Part shown: piece after piece, positions 1 through 8,281 of the stretch
Layout of the letters: the number at the start of each line of letters is the position of its first letter
How positions within the stretch are numbered: position 1 is the first letter of the stretch
Origin: Alphaproteobacteria bacterium
GTDB taxonomy: Bacteria; Pseudomonadota; Alphaproteobacteria; Rs-D84; SZUA-605
NCBI GenBank assembly: GCA_031549385.1
Contig: JAVBPW010000001.1
Span: 160,001 to 224,000 of the forward strand
Length of the DNA: 64,000 nt
Reading direction: 5' to 3'
Program-made: the position numbers and the translations under genes
The notes under the pieces: generated by a model
Database searches by the model: none
What the model was told of the DNA's origin: nothing
What the model saw: the letters and a program-made list of their open reading frames with translations, nothing else

Positions 1-817
1 CGCTTTACATGGATTACTTAGAGTTCGTGAATTTACTCAAGATGATGCTCATATATTTTGTACAAAAGCACAAATGGAAGAAGAATGTTTGAAGACTGTA
101 AAATTCATTTTTGAAATTTATAAAGGTTTTGGATTTGAAAATGTAGAAATCAAATTATCAACTCGTCCAGAAAAAAGAATCGGGTCAGATGAAATTTGGG
201 ATATTTCAGAAAAAGCATTAATGGATGTGTTAGACCATAATGGATATAAATATGAAATTCAAGAAGGTGAAGGTGCTTTTTATGGACCTAAACTTGAATT
301 TGTTTTGAAAGATTCTATTGGTCGTTCATGGCAAATGGGAACTGTGCAACTTGATATGAGCTTGCCAGAAAGATTTGATTTGAGCTATATAGCAGAAGAT
401 GGTTCAAAACAAAGACCTGTAATGTGGCACAGAGCTATTCTTGGTTCTATTGAAAGATTTTTGGGTATTTTAATTGAAAACTATGATGGAAAGTTTCCTT
501 TATGGCTTGCTCCTGTTAAAGCTGTTATGATTCCTATATCTGAAAAACATATTGAATATGCTGATAAGGTTTATGAAGAATTCAAAAAAGCTGGAATTAC
601 AATTGAAAAAGATTATTCAAATGAATCTATGCAAAAAAGAATTAGAGATGCTCAACTTCAAAAAATTCCTTATATGATCTTAGTAGGTCAAAAAGAAGAA
701 GATGAAGGAAAGATTTCTATTCGTACTCGTGATAATAAACAAGAAAATGGAATCGAAATTTCTGGATTTATAAAAGAAATACTTAATAAAATAAGTAACA
801 GAGACTTAGATATATAG
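1..817 (+). CDS. thrS: Threonyl-tRNA synthetase, 5'-truncated by the window edge
   Basis: Frame open from position 2 (ALHGLLRVREFTQDDAH), GEGAFYGPK, HRAILGSIERF motifs and a C-terminal anticodon-binding domain. Confidence 0.97.
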   Translation, partial: ALHGLLRVREFTQDDAHIFCTKAQMEEECLKTVKFIFEIYKGFGFENVEIKLSTRPEKRIGSDEIWDISEKALMDVLDHNGYKYEIQEGEGAFYGPKLEFVLKDSIGRSWQMGTVQLDMSLPERFDLSYIAEDGSKQRPVMWHRAILGSIERFLGILIENYDGKFPLWLAPVKAVMIPISEKHIEYADKVYEEFKKAGITIEKDYSNESMQKRIRDAQLQKIPYMILVGQKEEDEGKISIRTRDNKQENGIEISGFIKEILNKISNRDLDI

Positions 818-822
818 TTAAT

Positions 823-868
823 ATCCTATTAAAATGTGGAAAGGTGACTTTCCACAGTTTAACAGGAT
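823..868. repeat. Intergenic imperfect palindrome
   Basis: ATCCTATTAAAATGTGGAAAG-GTGA-CTTTCCACAGTTTAACAGGAT; its 3' end resembles the repeats at 13262, 27912 and 32760. Confidence 0.6.
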
Positions 869-883
869 TAATAAAAAATATTT

Positions 884-958
884 GTCCTTGTAGTTAAATG
901 GATATAACGGGTTCCTCCTAAGAATCAGTTTCAGGTTCGATTCCTGGCCTGGACGCCA
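884..958 (+). tRNA. tRNA-Arg(CCT)
   Basis: Anticodon arm GGTTC-CTCCTAA-GAATC, T-loop TTCGATT, encoded CCA; two mismatches in the acceptor stem. Confidence 0.9.
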
Positions 959-1006
959 CCAACTTGAAGTTGCACGCTTTAGTTTTCTGCAAATAAAAAA
1001 GCCCCT

Positions 1007-1333
1007 TTAAGAGGCTTTTTTTCGATTACGATAATTAAGATAATTTTGAATTGATTCAAATTTTATTGTAAATGTTCTACCATCTAAAGATTTCATTACT
1101 AAATCTTTTTCAGTTGTATAAAAACTTTCTACAAGATTGAAAAGTTTAAATTCTTTCATTGTATCCTTTCTTACGAGAACACAGACTTTCATATCTCGGT
1201 CAAGAACTATTAAAAATTCTTCACAGTTTGTATAACTAATTTCCCTGCCACAATTGAACCATTTGTCATTTTGGGTATTCAAAAACTTAACCCAAGTCGG
1301 GCAGATTTGAATGTTTAAATCTTTATCTTTCAT
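1007..1333 (-). CDS. Hypothetical protein
   Basis: 108-aa ORF with an upstream TTGCAG-N17-TAGTCT promoter-like sequence; no recognised motif. Confidence 0.6.
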   Translation of the reverse strand: MKDKDLNIQICPTWVKFLNTQNDKWFNCGREISYTNCEEFLIVLDRDMKVCVLVRKDTMKEFKLFNLVESFYTTEKDLVMKSLDGRTFTIKFESIQNYLNYRNRKKAS

Positions 1334-1424
1334 AATATATATTTTTAGGTTTGTTTATATAAGTTTACTTGTAGACTAATTCACAAATTCTGATTCTGCA
1401 ATAAAAAAGAGCAAATTCTGCTTT

Positions 1425-1664
1425 TTAGCATCTGCAAGAAGGACTTAATGTCCCATCATTACAAAGTAATTTTCCAGAATTACTATCACAACCTCTTACT
1501 CCACCATGATGTGAACAACAACCTTGATTACCTCTCCTTGCATATAAGTTATTCAATTCTTGCATTGTAGGCGTTTTCTTATTGGCTATTTCAATTGTTT
1601 TAGTTATGTTTGCTTGTGATAAAGAAATTGTTAACACAGCTAATATAAATATTATTTTCTTCAT
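1425..1664 (-). CDS. Small secreted Cys-rich protein (GCCSHHGGV-C motif)
   Basis: Signal peptide, AAGGA RBS, C-terminal GCCSHHGGVRGC...CNDGTLSPSCRC. Confidence 0.8.
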   Translation of the reverse strand: MKKIIFILAVLTISLSQANITKTIEIANKKTPTMQELNNLYARRGNQGCCSHHGGVRGCDSNSGKLLCNDGTLSPSCRC

Positions 1665-1782
1665 ATTTAGTCCTTTCTTAGAGTTAATAAAGAAAGAATT
1701 AAATTATTTTTGAACTAAGTAAACAAGTATAGATTCCTAGGAAAATTATCAAAAAATACCCAGCGTTTAGCTGGGTGATTTT

Positions 1783-3045
1783 TTATTGGTTCATAGAATT
1801 AAAGAACTCGGCATTATTCTTGGTTGCTTTAATTTTATCAAGTAAGAATTTCATTGCATCTACCACACCCATTGGTTGTAAGATTCTTCTTAAAATCCAC
1901 ATTTTTTGTAAGTCTGCTGCTGGAACTAATAAATCCTCTTTTCTTGTTCCTGACTTTGTTATATCAATTGCTGGGAAGATTCTTGTGTCTGCAAGTTTTC
2001 TATCCAATATGATTTCTGAGTTTCCTGTTCCTTTAAATTCTTCAAAGATAACTTCGTCCATACGTGACCCTGTTTCTATTAATGCTGTTGCTATAATAGT
2101 CAATGATCCACCCTCTTCTATATTACGAGCTGCACCAAAGAATCGTTTTGGACGTTGAAGAGCATTAGCGTCTACTCCACCTGTTAAAACTTTTCCAGAT
2201 GATGGAATTACTGTGTTATATGCACGGCCTAATCTTGTAATAGAATCAAGAAGGATAACTACGTCTTTTCCTGATTCAACCATTCTTTTTGCTTTTTCTA
2301 TAACCATTTCGGCTACTTGAACGTGACGAGATGCTGGTTCATCAAATGTAGATGATACTACTTCACCTTTTACAGACCTTTTCATGTCTGTCACTTCTTC
2401 TGGACGTTCGTCTATTAAAAGAACTATTAATTGAATTTCAGGATGGTTTGCTGTTATTGCATGAGCTATATTTTGTAGCATGATTGTTTTACCAGCTTTT
2501 GGAGGAGCCACAATCAATCCACGTTGGCCTTTACCTTGTGGAGCTATTAAATCTATTATACGAGTTGTTATATCTTGAGTTGAATCTTTTTTATCGTCCA
2601 ATTCCATTTTCAAATGTTGATCTGGGTATAATGGAGTCAGAGAGTCAAATGCTACACGGTGTCTTATTTTCTTTGGGTCGCCACCGTTAATTGTGTTTAC
2701 TGTTTTTAATGCAAAATATCTTTCATTGTCTTTAGGAGATTTTACTTCACCTTCAATAACATCTCCGGTCTTTAAGCCATATTTTCTTATCAAATTAGGT
2801 GATACATATAAATCATCTGGACCTGCATAGTAATTCATTTCTGGGGCTCTTAAAAATCCAAAACCATCAGTTAAAATTTCTAAAGTACCATCCCCAAGGA
2901 GAGTTTCTCCGTTGACTGCTATCTTTTTTAATATAATAAATCTGAGGTGTTGTGTGTCGTGTTGGGATGGATTTTCAATTTCCAATTCTTCCGCCATTTT
3001 GATAAGTTCGGCTGGCGTTTTGCCTTTTAGCTCTTTGATATGCAT
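1783..3045 (-). CDS. rho: Transcription termination factor Rho
   Basis: DGFGFLR RNA-binding motif, APPKAGKT Walker [17 protein letters not shown]. Confidence 0.98.
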   Translation of the reverse strand: MHIKELKGKTPAELIKMAEELEIENPSQHDTQHLRFIILKKIAVNGETLLGDGTLEILTDGFGFLRAPEMNYYAGPDDLYVSPNLIRKYGLKTGDVIEGEVKSPKDNERYFALKTVNTINGGDPKKIRHRVAFDSLTPLYPDQHLKMELDDKKDSTQDITTRIIDLIAPQGKGQRGLIVAPPKAGKTIMLQNIAHAITANHPEIQLIVLLIDERPEEVTDMKRSVKGEVVSSTFDEPASRHVQVAEMVIEKAKRMVESGKDVVILLDSITRLGRAYNTVIPSSGKVLTGGVDANALQRPKRFFGAARNIEEGGSLTIIATALIETGSRMDEVIFEEFKGTGNSEIILDRKLADTRIFPAIDITKSGTRKEDLLVPAADLQKMWILRRILQPMGVVDAMKFLLDKIKATKNNAEFFNSMNQ

Positions 3046-3223
3046 TAATTTTCCTTATTAAGTTCCATTTTCCTTGATATTTTAGGCTTAAAAATAAAAA
3101 ATGGGAGGTTGTTTTTTTGACATTGATAATTATAGTAGAAAAAAATGAATAAGTCAAGTATTTTGACCTTAAATTTATAATTTTTCCTTTGCTTTTTAAT
3201 TAGAAAGCCTTAAAATCAAGCCT

Positions 3224-3817
3224 ATGACAGAAAATAAAATTATCGAAAAATTAAGCTCTTACCTATCAAAATTCCCATCTCTTGGAAAAAGATCGGCTAT
3301 GAAAATCACTTTACATCTTTTAAATAAGAAGGAAGTGTTGCTTAATCCATTAATAGACGCCTTAATTGAGGCTAAAGAAAAAATATCACCTTGCAAGCAT
3401 TGTGGAAACTTGGACGAAACCAATCCTTGTTCTATATGTAATGATAAATCCCGTGATGATAAGACTATTTGTGTAGTTAAAGACGTTATGTCTTTATGGG
3501 TTATTGAAAAAACTGGAGAATATAAGGGTAAATACTTTATTTTGAATGATTCCATTTTAAAGAAATACGGTGATAATCTTGAATCTGTGGTTGGAAATTT
3601 AAAAAAACTTATAGAAAGTCGTGGGGTGGACGAAATCATATTTGCTATGCCACTTAATATAGACGGCAAAACTATGCAATATTTCATAATGCAAGAACTT
3701 GGAGATAAGGTTAAGTATTGTGAGCTTGCACATGGAGTTCCTATTGGTTCTGATTTAGAATATATTGATGAGGGAACATTACAAAGTGCATTGTCTAATC
3801 GAAAAAGTATAAATTAG
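3224..3817 (+). CDS. recR: Recombination mediator RecR
   Basis: HhH start, CKHC...CSIC zinc finger, TOPRIM-like region, GVPIGSDLEYIDEGTL. Confidence 0.95.
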   Translation: MTENKIIEKLSSYLSKFPSLGKRSAMKITLHLLNKKEVLLNPLIDALIEAKEKISPCKHCGNLDETNPCSICNDKSRDDKTICVVKDVMSLWVIEKTGEYKGKYFILNDSILKKYGDNLESVVGNLKKLIESRGVDEIIFAMPLNIDGKTMQYFIMQELGDKVKYCELAHGVPIGSDLEYIDEGTLQSALSNRKSIN

Positions 3818-3861
3818 TCCTTGATTTTTGGATTTGAGTACATATAATATCTTTTGGTCTC

Positions 3862-3938
3862 GCAAGTGTAGCTCAGTTGGCTAGAGCGCCTCCTTGCCAA
3901 GGAGGAGGTCGAGGGTTCGAGCCCCTTCACTTGCTCCA
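3862..3938 (+). tRNA. tRNA-Gly(GCC), integration target
   Basis: GCAAGTG/CACTTGC acceptor stem, CCTCC-TTGCCAA-GGAGG anticodon arm, CCA. Confidence 0.97.
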
Positions 3939-3939
3939 T
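3894..3939 (+). repeat. attL core (3' half of tRNA-Gly)
   Basis: TTGCCAAGGAGGAGGTCGAGGGTTCGAGCCCCTTCACTTGCTCCAT, identical to 11443-11488. Confidence 0.95.
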
Positions 3940-3944
3940 CATTT

Positions 3945-3973
3945 CCGCCACTTCCAAGAGATGTGGCTTTTTT
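3945..3973 (+). terminator. Intrinsic terminator after tRNA-Gly
   Basis: GCCAC...GTGGC stem followed by a T-tract. Confidence 0.6.
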
Positions 3974-3984
3974 ATTATCTGGCT

Positions 3985-4005
3985 GAGATACCACAGGGAT
4001 ACCAA
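3985..4005 (+). promoter_or_regulatory. Putative integrase arm-type site (left)
   Basis: GAGATACCACAGGGATACCAA, tandem GATACCA at 11-bp spacing, 18/21 identical to 11293-11313. Confidence 0.65.
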
Positions 4006-4019
4006 AACTCAGAAAACCC

Positions 4020-6329
4020 TTATAGCTTTACACTTAAAAGATTAAACATTTCCTCAATATAATTATTTGTATCTGCTATTTCTGAAGCATTTTCATAATT
4101 TCTTTCGAAGTCTAATTCTTCTGGTCTTTCATTATCTTTTATTTCATGATAGATATCGTCTAATCCTATTACAATATCTGAACAGTCTTTTAAATTTATC
4201 TCAAAAACATTCCTAATCTCATTGATATTATCTATAAATAATTCAACATTAAAAGCAGAATCACAGTTTTCCTTACACTCTGACAAACAAGAAGACTTAA
4301 GATATGATAAAAATGAGCTTTTTATTATATTTAACTTGTCGTTATCAAATAGATCTGTATGCTCCTCAAATATATCTTTTAAAATATCAAACTCATAACT
4401 ATCCATTTCTCCTGAATTGCTTCTTTTTACAACACCGTTTATTATATCTTGCTTTAGGTTTTCAATTTTTAATTTTTTAGTAAATTTTGAAAAGCTTATA
4501 TACTCCAAAATGGCTATTAACTCCCTATGCAATTCAAAATCTTCCTCTTTTAGTAAAATTTGAATTCCTTCTTCTATCATTTTTTCTAAAAATTCGGAAT
4601 TTACATAAGAGCTAATTTTTATTAAAGATAAGACCAAAGATCTTATATTTTTAATTTTCATAGATGATATTTTATTATCTTTTTCTTTTGTAAAAATTTT
4701 ATTTATCTTACTTAATAAATAAGTAAAATCTCTCGTTGAAGATTCTTTTTTATTTAACAAAAATATAACTCCAGAAATAGTTGCAAAATGATCCAGCCTA
4801 TTAACTATAGAAATTAAATCTTCAAGATTATAACTGCAATCTGTTATATAATTTTCAATAAAATCTTGTACTGATGGGTCAAAAAATGAAATGTTAGGAT
4901 ACGGGCTATAAGATGTCTTACTAATTTTTATAAAGCTACCTTCTAATTCTTTTAACGCTAGCTCGAAATCTATAGCTTCGTAGGGAGTATTATACTTATT
5001 ACATAAAACACTATGTAATCTGTTAAAGGTTTCTTTTAAATTATCATATCTGTTTATATAATTATTACTCTCTACATATATAGCCAGAAGTAAATGTTTT
5101 GATTTTTCACTTATTTGTTTTTCAAAAGCAAATCTCCATATCTTTTCAGGATTATTTAAATTATCTATAAAAAATTGGAAATAATCTTTTGCTGCTAAAT
5201 CTTTTAAATTTTTTACATTTGTCATCCATTCTACTAATCTAGGTGTATAACTTTTATGCTCTATTATTTTTTTATATTTTTTATCCTCTATTAGCTTAAT
5301 TATATGCTCTTTTTCAAGTTTAGAATAATATAAGTGATTATAAAGAATTCTTGCTTTTTCTATAAGTTCATAATCTTCTATAGTTATCAAAACCTTTTTT
5401 TCTTCTAATGAACTATTTTGAAAGCATTCTGATAGATGTATTGAATTAGTTAATAAATGCTCTCTTGTTGTTAATATGAATAGTTTATTATTTGTATTTT
5501 TTATTAAGTCCATGAATTTGATTAAATTTTCATCTTCATTTTTTCCTAAATCATTAGAAAATGTTTTTCCTAAAAAATCATCATAATAAAAAACTTGTTT
5601 AAGATCTTTATCAAAAATATTTCTTCCTTCTTCAACGTCTTTTATTATTTCAATTGGAGTAAATTTATCTTTTAATAGAGAATAAATTATCATTTCTGAT
5701 AAAAAAGTTTTCCCTATTCCTGCATTTCCTGATACTATTATAACTTTATTCTCATTTAATTTATCTAGCGCTTCATTAAAAGATTTTGTTTGAACATACT
5801 TTGGAGCTTTTTCTTGTATTCTTCTTATCAATTCTTCTGTTTTTACTATAGATGAATTGTTAAATTGTTGAAACAAAATTTCTTTTAAAACAGCTGAACT
5901 TGTAAGCCACAATTTTATATGTTTTTTTACTATATCATCATGTTTTCTTATAAGATTCAGAATATCATTCAAAGATATTATATCTTCAGTAGTTTTTATA
6001 TATGGAGACAACTCATTAAAAATCAGCTCTTTTTCTTGAGGATTCATTTCAACAGAAGCTACAACAATATATCTTTCAGGATTTAATTTTTTTATTTTTG
6101 GCAATTCGCTATTTTTTAATTGATACTTTAATGAATTAAACCCCGATTTGATATAGTGCTTACATTGTATTATTGTTTTTTTATTTAACTTAGTATATCT
6201 TAAGTCTATTCCTTTATCTGTTCCTGTTTTAAAACTCTCTATTAAAGGTATCTTAAAGTGCATTTGCAATAAATCTCTTACAAGTTCTTCAAAATCAATG
6301 TCTGTTAATTTTCCTAAATCATATTCCAT
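4020..6329 (-). CDS. Mrr-like restriction endonuclease fused to STAND (nSTAND3-like) NTPase; putative anti-phage protein
   Basis: FEELVRDLL...GTDKGIDL...IIQCKHY nuclease motif; GNAGIGKT Walker A, YYDDFLG Walker B, ILTTRE; long helical C-terminus. Confidence 0.8.
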   Translation of the reverse strand: MEYDLGKLTDIDFEELVRDLLQMHFKIPLIESFKTGTDKGIDLRYTKLNKKTIIQCKHYIKSGFNSLKYQLKNSELPKIKKLNPERYIVVASVEMNPQEKELIFNELSPYIKTTEDIISLNDILNLIRKHDDIVKKHIKLWLTSSAVLKEILFQQFNNSSIVKTEELIRRIQEKAPKYVQTKSFNEALDKLNENKVIIVSGNAGIGKTFLSEMIIYSLLKDKFTPIEIIKDVEEGRNIFDKDLKQVFYYDDFLGKTFSNDLGKNEDENLIKFMDLIKNTNNKLFILTTREHLLTNSIHLSECFQNSSLEEKKVLITIEDYELIEKARILYNHLYYSKLEKEHIIKLIEDKKYKKIIEHKSYTPRLVEWMTNVKNLKDLAAKDYFQFFIDNLNNPEKIWRFAFEKQISEKSKHLLLAIYVESNNYINRYDNLKETFNRLHSVLCNKYNTPYEAIDFELALKELEGSFIKISKTSYSPYPNISFFDPSVQDFIENYITDCSYNLEDLISIVNRLDHFATISGVIFLLNKKESSTRDFTYLLSKINKIFTKEKDNKISSMKIKNIRSLVLSLIKISSYVNSEFLEKMIEEGIQILLKEEDFELHRELIAILEYISFSKFTKKLKIENLKQDIINGVVKRSNSGEMDSYEFDILKDIFEEHTDLFDNDKLNIIKSSFLSYLKSSCLSECKENCDSAFNVELFIDNINEIRNVFEINLKDCSDIVIGLDDIYHEIKDNERPEELDFERNYENASEIADTNNYIEEMFNLLSVKL

Positions 6330-6422
6330 GTTATTTGCCTTTATTAACTTTTATTAAAAATAATAAATCAAAAAAATTATTTATTCAATCACAATACATT
6401 CTTAATTGGGGCTTCATTTAAA

Positions 6423-6451
6423 TTGACTTTTATTTTTATGTATTATATCAT
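6423..6451 (+). promoter_or_regulatory. Sigma70-type promoter for structured leader copy 1
   Basis: TTGACT-N17-TATCAT. Confidence 0.65.
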
Positions 6452-6457
6452 TTTTTT

Positions 6458-6655
6458 AATGCTGGGTGTTCCAGCGTTGAGGTGTAGTTACCTCTATGAC
6501 TAGCGTCTGCAGACGTTAAATGCCCTCAACCTTATGGTTGGAGGGCTCGCGAATAAGCTTAAGGCAAATAAGCGGCACTATCTAGTCATAGTAACTAACC
6601 TCCAGCCACCTCTTTTTAAGGTGGTTTTTAATTAAAAACAACAAATTGGAGGTTG
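6458..6655 (+). ncRNA. Structured cis-regulatory leader, C4/CI-like antisense RNA module, copy 1
   Basis: Several hairpins, long-range complement 6485-6503/6582-6597, terminator 6604-6629, anti-RBS 6597-6604; same architecture as 11582-11777. Confidence 0.7.
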
Positions 6656-6658
6656 TAT

Positions 6659-7345
6659 ATGAAAAAACTAGTTATTAGCTTTATTGCTTTATCAATATCA
6701 GGGTGTTCTTACCTGTCAGACTTAATGCCAACATATAAATGTTATTCATCAGAAAAAGCTGCTGCGTGTCTTTTACAGAAAGATTATGACTCTCTAATTA
6801 CAAAAGGATATTCTGAAGAAGACATTAAAACTCTTATTGGAAAATTGCTTGGAGGCGAATACACAGGCTATTGTGTTGAAGAAATTCAAGGAAAATGCAG
6901 ATTCAATTATACTTTAACAGATATAGAAAAAGTAGAAAAGACCCTTAAAGCAGATAAAGTTAGGGAAGAAAAAGAACAAGCTCAATCTGACAAGCAAGCT
7001 AAAGAAGTTCAAACTATAGAAAAGAAGTATAGTAAAAAATTCTGTTCAGAAGAATTACATTGGTATGGTTTGTCAAAACAGTCAATTCCTAAGAATTGTT
7101 TACTTTATGCCCAAACAGGATATTTAACAGTTATGCAACAAGCTCCTAGTGGTACTTTAGTTAATTTAAGATTGCCAGTGGGATATTCAGATCAAACCTA
7201 TTTTGTTGTTAGCAACAGTAAAGATTCAGGATTAGCTGATGACCAAGCTATCTCTCAAGGTATATTTGAAAATGTAGGCACTTATCAATATACATCAGTA
7301 ACGGGAGCAACAAGAACAGTCGTAAAATTAAAGAGATTACAATAG
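6659..7345 (+). CDS. Lipoprotein of unknown function (island cargo)
   Basis: MKKLVISFIALSISG-C lipobox; GGAGG RBS before ATG 6659. Confidence 0.8.
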   Translation: MKKLVISFIALSISGCSYLSDLMPTYKCYSSEKAAACLLQKDYDSLITKGYSEEDIKTLIGKLLGGEYTGYCVEEIQGKCRFNYTLTDIEKVEKTLKADKVREEKEQAQSDKQAKEVQTIEKKYSKKFCSEELHWYGLSKQSIPKNCLLYAQTGYLTVMQQAPSGTLVNLRLPVGYSDQTYFVVSNSKDSGLADDQAISQGIFENVGTYQYTSVTGATRTVVKLKRLQ

Positions 7346-7354
7346 GAGGTAATT

Positions 7355-7789
7355 ATGAAAAAAAATAAATATATTGAGAGTACATTATCAAAAGATGAAA
7401 ATATATTAGCTGTGGCTGAATTGCCTTGGATTAGCTATATAACTCCAGCGGCTATATTTTTATTTGCTTTTATAGCACTATTCAGCTCATTTGCTTTGTT
7501 TATAATAATCGGAGCAATAGGGTTATTAGTCTTAATGAGACTATTGGCGGTTGAGATGGTTTGTACTAATAAACGAGTAATCTTAAAGAAAGGCTTCTTA
7601 TTGCCTCATACTGAAGAAATCAGAATAGAAAAAATAGAATTTGTTTCTATGGGTGGAGATATGGGCGACTGTGGAACTTTGATATTTGGAGGAACAGGAG
7701 CTACTAAGGTCATCTTTAATGTTAAAAATCCAAAACAAACAAAGGTTGAATTTGAAGAAGTTATAGAAAGACTTCATAGGAAAAAGTAA
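7355..7789 (+). CDS. Membrane protein with bacterial PH (bPH_2-like) domain
   Basis: YIESTLSKDE start, two TM helices, VCTNKRVILKKG motif. Confidence 0.75.
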   Translation: MKKNKYIESTLSKDENILAVAELPWISYITPAAIFLFAFIALFSSFALFIIIGAIGLLVLMRLLAVEMVCTNKRVILKKGFLLPHTEEIRIEKIEFVSMGGDMGDCGTLIFGGTGATKVIFNVKNPKQTKVEFEEVIERLHRKK

Positions 7790-7794
7790 TATAG

Positions 7795-7861
7795 TTTCGA
7801 CAGTTATGGTTTTTGATATGGTTAATTTTATTGACTTGTATCGAAAATCAAGCTGTCGAAA
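7795..7861. repeat. Imperfect inverted repeat between convergent genes
   Basis: TTTCGACAGTTATGGTTTTTGATA ... TATCGAAAATCAAGCTGTCGAAA. Confidence 0.6.
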
Positions 7862-8281
7862 TCAATCTTCATCAAACACAAGATCTTCATCTGCTTCTAG
7901 AATTTGTTTTAGCTTCCTAATTTCGTTAATATCAACCGTTTCTCTTGGTTCGTGCTGTATTATTACACTTAAGGGCTTATCTTCACTTGTTAACCTAAAA
8001 ATCGTATCAAATGCCTTTATATTTCCATTTAATGCACTATCAATCATTTTTATAGCTAACGCCGTTCTTACATCTATTTCTTTTATCTCTAGCGTAGGAT
8101 AATCTTTTTGTAAACCTTCTGTATTTTGATATGGCGTATCTAATAGATTTTTTAGAACTCTTGATAATTCTTTCTTTTTCTTTCTAGATTCTCCACTTGC
8201 GATACCACCAATTCTACCTAGTTCTCTTGCTTCACTCTCGCTTCGTTCATTCATTGGGGTCAGATTTTTTTCATTTGCCAT
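7862..8281 (-). CDS. Phage-type KGG-motif protein, putative small terminase-like
   Basis: MANEKNLTPMNERSESEARELGRIGGIASGESRKKKK N-terminus; start taken as ATG 8281. Confidence 0.65.
   Translation of the reverse strand: MANEKNLTPMNERSESEARELGRIGGIASGESRKKKKELSRVLKNLLDTPYQNTEGLQKDYPTLEIKEIDVRTALAIKMIDSALNGNIKAFDTIFRLTSEDKPLSVIIQHEPRETVDINEIRKLKQILEADEDLVFDED

Noticed and set aside
3814-4062. Short ORFs 3814-4005(-) and 3877-4062(+)
   Set aside because: They overlap tRNA-Gly; shadow ORFs. The MVSLWYL/MVSWWYL similarity to the extended int ORF reflects the DNA arm-site repeat.
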